Assembly (NCBI GenBank): GCA_964402555.1
Contig: CAYOCT010000004.1
Coordinates: 4,124-68,123 of the forward strand
Origin: an uncultured Nitrospiraceae bacterium
GTDB lineage: Bacteria; Hydrogenedentota; Hydrogenedentia; Hydrogenedentales; SLHB01
DNA length: 64,000 nucleotides
Direction: 5' to 3'
The translations under genes were made by a program, and so were the position numbers. Under the pieces are notes generated by a model. It did no database searches. It saw nothing but the letters and a program-made list of their open reading frames with translations, and was not told the origin of the DNA. Position 1 is the first letter of the stretch, and every line of letters begins with the position of its first letter. Of the stretch, positions 9,056 through 17,571 are shown piece after piece.

Positions 9056-11251
9056 TCAAGGCTGCACAATCTCAAACGGAATCGCGGGCAGCGCTCCGAG
9101 AGGAACGCGTTGTTGCCGCCGTGCCGGCTTCGAACCTTTCGATTGCTCAGGAGGCGTCACAAAAGCCTGCACAATCAGATTGTCCGAATAGCCGGGCTTG
9201 AGCGCATCGCCGTCCGCCTTCACGCGGATCGTTACCCCAGGCGGTTCGAGCGCCGTGTCTTCGATCGCAAGGCCCTTCGGCGGATCGCAGAGTTCCCACT
9301 GCACGTCCTGTAGCTTTGGATTGCGCGGCACGCGTACGTACACGTCGGCGGAACCGCCCGCGGGTATCTTTACGGGCGCATCGCTGGCCAGCGTCACGGG
9401 CGGACCGGATCGCCGCGCCCCGCGAACCTCCGCCAGCAGCGCTTGCGACGGTGTCAGGTGCCGGTACGCGAAGGCCTGCATCAAATCCTCGCATGGCACA
9501 ACGTCACGCTGCACCGTCTCTCCCGCGACCTGGAAGCTTCCCACCACATGCAACGCGACAGGCTCCTCGAACGGTTCGCGCGGCGCGGTCAGCGTCATCA
9601 TGACCCGATCGCGGCCCGCGGGGATCGTCCCGCCGTCGAGTTGCCAGCCTTCGGGCGCGTCCTTCAGCGCCACTTCGATATCGCCGTCAAAACCGTCCCG
9701 CCGTATCGCGTAGACCGCAATCGGCGCCGAGCGCCCCGCGAGGACGTTCACGCTTGAAGGCGTCATGCGCAACGCCACGTCTGGCCTCGGCGGGCTGATA
9801 CGAAGCCGATAGGAGTACGCTTCGCCGCCTTGTCCCTGCGCGTCGCTCACGTGAACGAAATACTTGCCCGTCTTCGGCAAGGTCGCACTTACGTACGAGT
9901 CCGCCTGATGCGTCACCAACCCGAACGCCTTGTCGTCGTGGTCATCGTTCCAGGCAATCACCTTGCCGGAATCGTCGAGTAACCGCAGCACCGAATCCAT
10001 GGGCGAACCTATTCGCCGCGCGTAGACCTCGGCGACGATCGGTTCTCCTTCGTTGCCCTTGATCTCGTACACGTCCACGTCGCCCGGCGGATCGATACTG
10101 CCGTCGACGGCCACGGGCAGCTTGACGCCCTGGCTGTATTCGATGCTGTCGTTGTGTTTCTTTTCCGTGGCTGCTTCAAGCCCTTCGAGTTCCGGGACAG
10201 CAGCCGCTTGCGCCGCAGCGGACGGCTGATCCGAAACCGTAACGCGATACACGAAATCGTCGCGGCCGCGATAGATCGAGTCGCGAATTTCCACCGTGTA
10301 CACACCGTCCTCGGGCACGTCATAACACAACGCCGGGTCAGGGTCGCACGCATTGTCGTCGTCGAACGCCGCCTCGTGTCCTTCAGGGTCGTAGACCGTC
10401 AACACGGCTTGGAACCATCCGGGCACGGCGTCCGCAAGGTACGGCACCAGATGGCGCGCCTGCGCCGAGATGTACAACCGTTCGCCGCGTTTGGCTGTGA
10501 ACGTAAGCTCGTCGACATCGCCGGGCGTTACCTGTCCATTCGCCACGAACGGCACGCTGAACGGAGGATCCTCGGGGAGTACGATGGGGAGTTTCGGGTC
10601 GTTGGGTTCCTGTTCGCGCACTTCCGGCAACGTCCCCACTTCGAAACACATCGGATTGCTCAAACCCGCGCGCGTCCTGAGCCGCAGTTCGCGGTCGCCG
10701 GGCGGCGCCGACGGATCAATCGTGATCTCGATCAGCGCCATTTCGCCGATCTGCGGGTTGAGCTGCCGTTTTTTGATCTCGAGGATCTCTTTCACCAGTC
10801 CTGCAATGCCTCGCACGCTCAGGTTATCCAGATTGTCGATCAAGGGATGCGGCGGCAAGGCCACCGAATCGCCTGACGCCTTCTTGAGTTTGCCCGGACC
10901 GACACGCAAGCCGGGCAGCGTTGGCGGGGGAGGACTTCCCGGTAGTTCGGCCCATCGTTTGATCCATGCGTCGCGAATGCGGAGTTGAAGTTCGCGGCGC
11001 TCATCGGCTTTCAAGTTCCTAAGCGGAGGATAATGCTTGAGGACTTCCGCGTGAACGCCTTCGCCGGTGATATAGGCGTCCGAAATGCCGCGCAGGAACT
11101 GTCCGCCGGCCAGGATCTGAAACGTGGTTCCCGCTTGCCCGCCCGCCGGGTACACGTAACCCAAGTGCGGTTCGGTCTGGCCCCACGCGCTTGCGCATGC
11201 GGCCAGCACGGCGCCCATCCACACTCCATGCAGCGTGTGTCGTCGAATCAT
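9056..11251 (-). CDS. secreted protein with two pre-peptidase C-terminal (PPC)-type domains
   Basis: 731-aa ORF with a signal peptide (VWMGAVLAACASAWGQ). Two segments with the PPC pattern (DVDELTFTAKRGERLYISAQ...; DVDVYEIKGNEGEPIVAEVYARRIGSPMDSVLRLLDDSGKVIAWNDD). ATGA overlap with the upstream DUF1501 gene. Confidence 0.6.
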   Translation of the reverse strand: MIRRHTLHGVWMGAVLAACASAWGQTEPHLGYVYPAGGQAGTTFQILAGGQFLRGISDAYITGEGVHAEVLKHYPPLRNLKADERRELQLRIRDAWIKRWAELPGSPPPPTLPGLRVGPGKLKKASGDSVALPPHPLIDNLDNLSVRGIAGLVKEILEIKKRQLNPQIGEMALIEITIDPSAPPGDRELRLRTRAGLSNPMCFEVGTLPEVREQEPNDPKLPIVLPEDPPFSVPFVANGQVTPGDVDELTFTAKRGERLYISAQARHLVPYLADAVPGWFQAVLTVYDPEGHEAAFDDDNACDPDPALCYDVPEDGVYTVEIRDSIYRGRDDFVYRVTVSDQPSAAAQAAAVPELEGLEAATEKKHNDSIEYSQGVKLPVAVDGSIDPPGDVDVYEIKGNEGEPIVAEVYARRIGSPMDSVLRLLDDSGKVIAWNDDHDDKAFGLVTHQADSYVSATLPKTGKYFVHVSDAQGQGGEAYSYRLRISPPRPDVALRMTPSSVNVLAGRSAPIAVYAIRRDGFDGDIEVALKDAPEGWQLDGGTIPAGRDRVMMTLTAPREPFEEPVALHVVGSFQVAGETVQRDVVPCEDLMQAFAYRHLTPSQALLAEVRGARRSGPPVTLASDAPVKIPAGGSADVYVRVPRNPKLQDVQWELCDPPKGLAIEDTALEPPGVTIRVKADGDALKPGYSDNLIVQAFVTPPEQSKGSKPARRQQRVPLGALPAIPFEIVQP

Positions 11252-12585
11252 GTCAGTTCCACCAAGTCGCCGCTTCCCTTGAACGAGTCTTCCGCCTTGG
11301 GCAAGACATTCACGTCCATGCCTTTTCCGTTGGGCAGCGAACCTTCCGGGTCAATACCCAGCAGACCGTACATCGTCCGGATGAGGTCCGCGGGCGACAC
11401 CGGCCGTTCCGCGGGGAATTCGCCCTTTGCATCGGACGCGCCGACGACGCGCCCGCCCTTGAACCCACCGCCCGCGACCACCGAGCAGAAACAGTCGCCG
11501 TAATGGCTGCGCCCGCCATTCCACGGCGCGTTCCACAGTACTTTCGGCGTTCTGCCGAATTCGCCCGTCCACCAGACGATCGCGCTGTCGAGTAGGCCGC
11601 GCTCGCTCAGGTCTTGCAAGAGCGCCGCCATGCCTTTGTCCATTTCCGGCAGCTTGCGGCGCATAATCTCGAAATGCTGCTTGTGCGTGTCCCAGCCTTT
11701 GTAATTGATCGTTATGTACGGCACGCCGGTTTCGACGAGCCGCCGCGCCATCAGGCACGACTGGCCGAACGTATTGCGGCCGTACAGTTCGCGGGTCTCG
11801 TCCGATTCCTGCGTGAGATCGAACAACTTGCGCGCCTCGCCGAACATCGTTGCGTAAGCATGGTCTTCGCACTGGTTCCATTGCGCGAAATGCGGGTTGT
11901 CCGGCATGGCCTTGCCGAGCGTGTCGATCGCGTGGAGCAATTCGCGGCGGCCCATCTGCCGCTCGTCCGAAACGCCCTCCGCAACGATGCCTTCGACGAC
12001 GAACGGCTTCTTGTTCGGATCTCCGCCGGTCGCGAACGGTTTGTACCGCTGGCCGAGGAAGCCCGCTTCCGAGAAGCGCCCTTGCGGCTCGGTCAGCACG
12101 ATGTACGGCGGTACGATCCCTTGGTAGTCGTGGTCATAGCCTTTGAAATCCGCGACCACCGCGCCCACCGAAGGATACACCAGCCGGTCGGGCTTTCGTC
12201 CCGTCTGCACGATGTACGACGCCGTTTCATGCCCGTTCACGCAATGCGTCATGCTGCGGATTATCGAGTATTTGTCTGCCTGTTGCGCAAGCAGCGGCAG
12301 CAACTCGCCGATGCGAATGCCGTCGACGTTGGTGGCGATCGGTTTGTCCAGCGGCCCGCAATAGTCCCGGCCTGCGTCCGGCTTTGGATCGAAGGTGTCG
12401 AGGTGTGACGGCCCGCCCCACATCCAGATTTGGATCACCGACTTCGCCTTCGCGGGCGGCGATGCTACTTCGGCCTCCGCGGCGGCACTCTTCCGGTTCG
12501 CCAAGGCCAATCCCGCCGCGCCCAGCAACGCCCCCTTCAACGCCGTGCGGCGGCTAACTGCTTTCGAGGATACAGGTTCGATCAT
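11248..12585 (-). CDS. DUF1501 domain-containing protein (sulfatase-like fold, Tat signal)
   Basis: 445-aa ORF with a twin-arginine signal (SRRTALKGALLGAAGLALA) and the DUF1501 hallmark IQIWMWGGPSHLDTFDPKP. The family is characteristic of Planctomycetota. Confidence 0.8.
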   Translation of the reverse strand: MIEPVSSKAVSRRTALKGALLGAAGLALANRKSAAAEAEVASPPAKAKSVIQIWMWGGPSHLDTFDPKPDAGRDYCGPLDKPIATNVDGIRIGELLPLLAQQADKYSIIRSMTHCVNGHETASYIVQTGRKPDRLVYPSVGAVVADFKGYDHDYQGIVPPYIVLTEPQGRFSEAGFLGQRYKPFATGGDPNKKPFVVEGIVAEGVSDERQMGRRELLHAIDTLGKAMPDNPHFAQWNQCEDHAYATMFGEARKLFDLTQESDETRELYGRNTFGQSCLMARRLVETGVPYITINYKGWDTHKQHFEIMRRKLPEMDKGMAALLQDLSERGLLDSAIVWWTGEFGRTPKVLWNAPWNGGRSHYGDCFCSVVAGGGFKGGRVVGASDAKGEFPAERPVSPADLIRTMYGLLGIDPEGSLPNGKGMDVNVLPKAEDSFKGSGDLVELT

Positions 12586-12810
12586 AGACAGTCTCCTCGC
12601 GGTGCGCTGTGCTCGTCAAAGCTTGGATACCGCCCAACTCCAGCATCCATTGCAGTATAACCCCGCTACTCGGCGAAGGTTCCCCACGATGGGGACCGAA
12701 ACACCATAGTGTCCACTTCGTCCACTCGATCAAGTCCAGCTCTTTTCGCCGAATTGTGGTAGAATGTCTCTTGTTAGACCGAGCGAGCATTTGGAAAGGA
12801 ACACCCATCA

Positions 12811-12993
12811 TGGCTACACAAGGCGTTGCCGCGGCATCGACAGGCGTCCGGCCCGTCCAGCACGCCCGCCCGGCGCAACGGCCGGTCCAGCCCAAGCGTA
12901 GCGAGACGCAGAACGTCGCACGCACGGAGACCAAGCGTCCCGCCGCACGACTCGAACCGCGGACTGGTACCAGGCTCGACGTTCGCGCCTAAG
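12811..12993 (+). CDS. small Ala/Arg/Pro/Gln-rich hypothetical protein (60 aa)
   Basis: Internal Met of ORF 12609..12992, with ggaaAGGAAcacccatcATG upstream and a possible TAGAAT -10 about 40 nt further up. It sits immediately upstream of the YjfB-like gene. Low complexity, so weakly supported. Confidence 0.25.
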
Positions 12994-13010
12994 GAGAGGG
13001 GAAACCACGC

Positions 13011-13202
13011 ATGTACGGTGACCTGGCGATTTCGGCGGTGCGCGCAGCCCTCGATACGACCGCGATTCAGACCCAATACCAAGTAGCTGCGGCCAAGAAG
13101 AGTCTGGACGCCCAGCGCTTCATGGGCGAAGCCGCGATCCAACTTATCCAAAGCGCCACGATCGACCCCAACGTGGGCGCTAACCTCAACATCTCAGTCT
13201 AG
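13011..13202 (+). CDS. YjfB-family putative motility protein-like small protein
   Basis: 63-aa ORF with a strong SD (AAGGAGAGG 8 nt upstream). QYQVAAAKKSLDAQRFMGEAAIQLIQSA...NVGANLNI resembles the YjfB motility family pattern (VAVLKKALDxQ...G.A.LQMI.S). Confidence 0.5.
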   Translation: MYGDLAISAVRAALDTTAIQTQYQVAAAKKSLDAQRFMGEAAIQLIQSATIDPNVGANLNISV

Positions 13203-13305
13203 CCCCGACGGTTCACACGATGTCCTGAGGAGACCAGGTTAACGTTTGGTTGGATGAACCCTTCTGTCTCGGAACTCGGCGTGAACTCGAAGACAGTTTG
13301 TCCCG

Positions 13306-13411
13306 TGTCATTGCGAGGAGGGCTTCAGCCCGACGAAGCAATCCCCTGATCTTCAGCATACAACAGTTGGGAGATTGCTTCGTCGGGCTGAAGCCCTCCT
13401 CGCAATGACAC
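13306..13411. repeat. REP/MITE-like palindrome, copy 2 of 3 (arms ~42 bp GTGTCATTGCGAGGAGGGCTTCAGCCCGACGAAGCAATCCC, 23-bp spacer)
   Basis: A near-perfect inverted repeat read directly. It shares the GTCATTGCGAG...CGAAGCAATC core with the other two copies and lies between convergent genes. Confidence 0.7.
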
Positions 13412-13430
13412 CACGGGCAAGTCCTGCTTT

Positions 13431-15395
13431 TCAGTCCCCGCCCTTCAAAGTTACCGTGCACGTCGCGTCGTACTCGGACACAACCTCACCCGCTTTCCAT
13501 GCGCGCTTCCCGCCGATGAAATTCAGATACAGTTCGTCGGTGAATCGCGCGCGGTCGGCCTTTGTCGCGCCGCAGTAGAGGGCGCGCATCGGCTTGGGGG
13601 CCTGAATGTGAAGGACGCCGTCGACGTCGATCGAGGAAACGGTTGCTTCGATCTGCGTGCCATCGCCCGAGCGGACGACGTGACTCTCGCCACCCAGGAC
13701 GATTGATCGTTCGCCGCGCTCGTATACCCAGTGCGGGTTGTTGAGGATGCCGATAAGGCCCGTAGCGACTTCCTCCGTCTCGACGTCTTGAAGCGCGACG
13801 ATCTTCTCGCGTACGCGCCACGTGCCATCCGATTCGGAGTGAAGATCGAGCGTCGCGCGAAACATGCCGTCGCCATGATCCAGTTCCAGCGAGGCGTCGA
13901 ATCGATTCGCTTCGTCGATCACACCAACATGCCGGACATATAGAGGCAGATCGTTCTTCGCGCCCGCGAGGCGGATATGTCCGATGCCGCTACGCGCATG
14001 CGGCGAGGTCAGCCGGTCGCGTTGAAAGACGTTGATCTGCGCCATGACCTGCGCGCCCCAACTGAATGTGGCGATCACGACGGGCGTGCGATTCAGAATG
14101 ATGCGCGCGCCGTCGAGCCGCAACACGCCTGGAAGAACGGGCGGCGTGTCTGTCTCCGCTTTTCCTACTTCTGCGATGGGACCGTGGTAACGAAGCGCAA
14201 GCCACGCCATGGCGTCGTAGTAGATCAAGTCCGACAGCGTTGACGGGAAGAAGAACTCGTCGTCGAGGAAGACGGTTCCCGAGGGCGATCGCGCCTGCAT
14301 GCGTTCCTGCGTTTCGAGGCAAGGCAGCATGAGCGCCCAGCCGTCCGGGTCCCCGCCCTGAGTTGCCATGAGCAGGTGCGTGTACAGCCACTCGGGGTCG
14401 CGCAACAGTTCCCAGTCCTGCCCGTTCGGATACACGAGTCCGCCGCTTGGCAGCGAGAAGCGTTTGAGCACAGCGTAGATGCCCGCGCAGTTGTACGTTG
14501 TGGACTGCGGCGCGCGCCGCCCGCTCATCGTGAAATCGAGCAGGCACGACATCGACAACGGGAACGTGGCCATGTAGTCCGGATGCACTCGGCCGTGGTT
14601 TTCGAGCGTGAAGTCGTCGTAGATGTTCGCGCCGGTGAACTGTTCCGCCACGGTCCGCCCGTCGACAATCTCTTGCGAATGTTCGTCCGCGGGACGCAGG
14701 AAGGACGACAGCGCCCATTTCTGGAACGCCGCTTCCCACTCCGCACGCCGCGAGTCATCCGGCATAATCGTTATCGCGACCGAGAGGATCTGGCTGTTCC
14801 ACGCATTCTCTTCCGCCTTCGTATCGTCGACGATTTGGTGCGGCGGTTCGGTATGCGCGATACGGTCCGCCTCGTGGGCGACGACCTTGCGGACGGATGC
14901 ATGCAGATCCTCGGGCAGGTCGTCCCATGTCCACCATGCCGCGCGGCCGAGCATGTGCGCCCAATGCGCCGATTGCCATTGGCTGCCCCAGGATTTCCCG
15001 TCGCTCGTCGGCCGCGACCCCGTGAGATGCACCGCCGCGAGATACCGCATCATCGGGATGATCGTGTCTTGTAGCAGACGTTCCTTGGAAACGCCCACAA
15101 CCGACGCGTCGTACGGTCCGAATCGGTAGAGAAAGGCCAAGCCCGCGACGGTACCGGTGTTGGGCCGTATCCAATGCTCGTTGCTCTTGCTTTCGGTGAT
15201 CAGTTTCAGCGCCGGATCGGCGTCCCACGGGTGGACTTTGGTTAACAGATTGGACGCCTGTTTCTCGACCGACACGTACATGCGCGAGGCGATGTCTGGC
15301 GCGCTGGCCGGCGCTGGCACATCCGCCGACGGCTCAACGATGGGTAACACGTTCGTGGCCGCCGCAACCGTTAGGAGCGCGCAGAAGAGCAGCAT
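13431..15395 (-). CDS. hypothetical secreted protein (possibly polysaccharide lyase/heparinase II/III-like)
   Basis: 654-aa ORF with a signal peptide (MLLFCALLTVAAA) and Trp/His-rich segments (WGSQWQSAHWAHMLGRAAWW) reminiscent of alpha/alpha-toroid lyases. The functional call is speculative. Confidence 0.55.
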   Translation of the reverse strand: MLLFCALLTVAAATNVLPIVEPSADVPAPASAPDIASRMYVSVEKQASNLLTKVHPWDADPALKLITESKSNEHWIRPNTGTVAGLAFLYRFGPYDASVVGVSKERLLQDTIIPMMRYLAAVHLTGSRPTSDGKSWGSQWQSAHWAHMLGRAAWWTWDDLPEDLHASVRKVVAHEADRIAHTEPPHQIVDDTKAEENAWNSQILSVAITIMPDDSRRAEWEAAFQKWALSSFLRPADEHSQEIVDGRTVAEQFTGANIYDDFTLENHGRVHPDYMATFPLSMSCLLDFTMSGRRAPQSTTYNCAGIYAVLKRFSLPSGGLVYPNGQDWELLRDPEWLYTHLLMATQGGDPDGWALMLPCLETQERMQARSPSGTVFLDDEFFFPSTLSDLIYYDAMAWLALRYHGPIAEVGKAETDTPPVLPGVLRLDGARIILNRTPVVIATFSWGAQVMAQINVFQRDRLTSPHARSGIGHIRLAGAKNDLPLYVRHVGVIDEANRFDASLELDHGDGMFRATLDLHSESDGTWRVREKIVALQDVETEEVATGLIGILNNPHWVYERGERSIVLGGESHVVRSGDGTQIEATVSSIDVDGVLHIQAPKPMRALYCGATKADRARFTDELYLNFIGGKRAWKAGEVVSEYDATCTVTLKGGD

Positions 15396-15475
15396 GTTGA
15401 AACCTCCTTGGAGCCGTCCTCGAATTCCCGCAACGAGCTACCGTGATGCAATTCAGCCAACCATTACGAAACACA

Positions 15476-15565
15476 GTGTGTCATTGCGAGCGCAGCGAAG
15501 CAATCCCCTGGTCCGTTGTATGCAGAAGACCAGGGGATTGCTTCGTCGGGCTGAAGCCGCTCCTC
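15476..15565. repeat. REP/MITE-like palindrome, copy 3 of 3 (chimeric arms GTGTGTCATTGCGAGCGCAGCGAAGCAATCCCCTGGTC / GACCAGGGGATTGCTTCGTCGGGCTGAAGCCGCTCC)
   Basis: The left arm matches the copy-1 subtype (GCGAGCGCAGCGAAGCAATC). The right arm matches the copy-2 subtype (GGCTTCAGCCCGACGAAGCAATC). Only the CGAAGCAATCCCCTGGTC part pairs perfectly. Confidence 0.65.
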
Positions 15566-15821
15566 CTAAGAAACAAGCGTACAAGGTCCCTCAGAATTCA
15601 CTTAAATCGCCTTTCGGAACGCTCTTTGCGATCTTTGAGCACTTTGTGGTTGCTCATGTCACTACCAAGCCCAAAACAGCCACAAAGATCTCAAGAGACA
15701 CAAAATGAAAGTTGCCTCCGGTGATGCAATCTTCATGTTTCTTCTCTTGGTGGCCCGGCGAAGCCGGGTCGTTGGCTCGCAATGACACTAGAACTGGGAC
15801 CAGGTTGGATTCCCGCGCAGG

Positions 15822-17570
15822 CTACGCTAGCGATTCCCGGATCCATCCGAGCAGATGTCGCGCGCGAGCCGATGCGGTGTGATGGCGCCTCAAATGCTCG
15901 TGTCCCGCGTGGGCGATGCGCGCCGCTTCGTCGGGATGCGCCAGCAAGTGCTCGAGCTTCTCGCGCAATTCATCGAGGTCTTCGAAGAAGACGGCGGTTT
16001 CGCCGTCGCGGAAGTTGTGCGGGATACGAATGGGCGGCGGCTCCGAAAACAGCAGGCAGCCTTGTGCGGGGAGTTCGTAGTAGCGAACGGTGTCGAACCC
16101 CGCGCCGAAGGCGCTCAAGCCGATGCGCGCATCGCGAATACGCTGGATGTACTCGCCCGGAGGGTACACGTGATCGAAACGTTCGCCAAGAACGCTCTCG
16201 ATCGTTCGGAGGTAAACTTCGCGCAATCCCGGCCAGCGCTGCCCGGCCCAGAAGAACGCGGTGGGGCGTTCGTTCGCGATGTCGGACGCGACGCGCGCGT
16301 CAGGATGGGCGAACGGCAACGGAAATACGCGCGGCCCATAGTCAACGCACGCGAGCATCTCGCGTTTGAAGCATGCTTGCGCGCCGCCGCGCCCCATATA
16401 GGCGAGAGTCTCCCGCGAGTGATCGACACACTCGTCTTGCGCGTCGATCAAGAACAGCGGCGTCGATCCGGCAGCATCGAGGATCGCGCGCGCGGCCTCG
16501 CGTTCGAGCGCCTGTTCCATGTCACCGTAGAGGATGTAATCGAATTGGCCCTGCCGCAGTTCGGCCACGAAAGCGTCGAGGCCGAGCGGCTCGCCCGCGT
16601 GGTCGCATGCGCAGGGATAATGCGCGAGTTCCGGGGGCGGCTGGCCATGGAGCAGCGGCTTCCAGGGGAACTCGACGACGTTGGCGTCGCCAAGCACGCT
16701 GCATAGTCCATCGAACAACGCGTCGAGGCCGAAATGCGGTCGCGGGTGCGTCACCAGTAGCACGCGAGGCATGCGAGCCGGTTCGACCCAGGCGGGCGGA
16801 TCGGGTTCGACCCAAACAGAACGGACAGCCGGGTACGATTCGATCTGCCGCGCAGTGGCCGGGTTTGGCGCAACCTGCTCCGCAATGCGCAACGTCCGCG
16901 CCGCCATCGTTTCATCGCCGATGCGGCGCCAGAATTCGGACTGGCACATGTAGGCCAAATGGAAATCGGGACAGACCTCGGTAATCTGGTAGAACAACAT
17001 GAGCGACCCGCCGAACAGGAGCAGTTGCCTGCGCGGGTCGCCGGGCCGGTCCATATCGAGCAGACACTGCTGCTTCTGTGCCGCGATGGCCACTTGGGTT
17101 TCGAGACTGTCTCGATACGACTCGGGAATCTCGCACAGAATCTGGTGCGCCCATTCGGGATGGCGTTCGCTCAGACAGGACTGCGCGTGCTCGATGGGCG
17201 CGTAATCGTGCCACACCGCGACGTGAACGCCGGCCGTCTCCGGCGCTTGAAACGCCGTGTAGAGCGCAAGCCCTTCTTCGTCCAGTGCCGGTGCAAGGTC
17301 TTCGCGGTCGACGCCGCCGAGGATGAAGAAGTAGCCGTGCCGCGAGAGGAACCGCGCGAGCTTGGCGCGCTGGACTACGTCGGCGGATTCGCCGAGGATG
17401 ACGGCATCGAAATAGGCATCGGGAAATGGGACGGCCGCCGCGTTGCGGTCAAACGCGCTTAGAGTGACGCCGCGCGTTTCGAGCATGCGCGCTAGCGACG
17501 CGGGAAGTTCGCCGATTTGGAGCACGCGCCGGATGAACAACGGGATGCGGCGCGCCCAGCGGTCTTCCAT
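15822..17570 (-). CDS. fusion protein: methyltransferase-like N-terminal region plus CgeB-like/glycosyltransferase-family-1-like C-terminal domain
   Basis: 582-aa ORF. The N-terminus (AAVPFPDAYFDAVILGE...) looks like a class I MTase fragment. The C-terminus (AFFWAGQRWPGLREVY...RYYELPAQGCLLFSEPP...FRDGETAVFFEDLDELREKLEHLLAHPDEAARIAHAGHEHLRRHHT) is typical of the CgeB/DUF3880-type glycosyltransferase C-terminus. It is the last gene of the peptide operon. Confidence 0.55.
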   Translation of the reverse strand: MEDRWARRIPLFIRRVLQIGELPASLARMLETRGVTLSAFDRNAAAVPFPDAYFDAVILGESADVVQRAKLARFLSRHGYFFILGGVDREDLAPALDEEGLALYTAFQAPETAGVHVAVWHDYAPIEHAQSCLSERHPEWAHQILCEIPESYRDSLETQVAIAAQKQQCLLDMDRPGDPRRQLLLFGGSLMLFYQITEVCPDFHLAYMCQSEFWRRIGDETMAARTLRIAEQVAPNPATARQIESYPAVRSVWVEPDPPAWVEPARMPRVLLVTHPRPHFGLDALFDGLCSVLGDANVVEFPWKPLLHGQPPPELAHYPCACDHAGEPLGLDAFVAELRQGQFDYILYGDMEQALEREAARAILDAAGSTPLFLIDAQDECVDHSRETLAYMGRGGAQACFKREMLACVDYGPRVFPLPFAHPDARVASDIANERPTAFFWAGQRWPGLREVYLRTIESVLGERFDHVYPPGEYIQRIRDARIGLSAFGAGFDTVRYYELPAQGCLLFSEPPPIRIPHNFRDGETAVFFEDLDELREKLEHLLAHPDEAARIAHAGHEHLRRHHTASARARHLLGWIRESLA

Positions 17571-17571
17571 G

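Noticed and set aside
6556-15565. Considered whether the recurring palindromes could be a CRISPR array
   Set aside because: The copies are 7-9 kb apart, each is an inverted repeat and not a direct repeat, and there are no regularly spaced unique spacers and no cas genes in the window.
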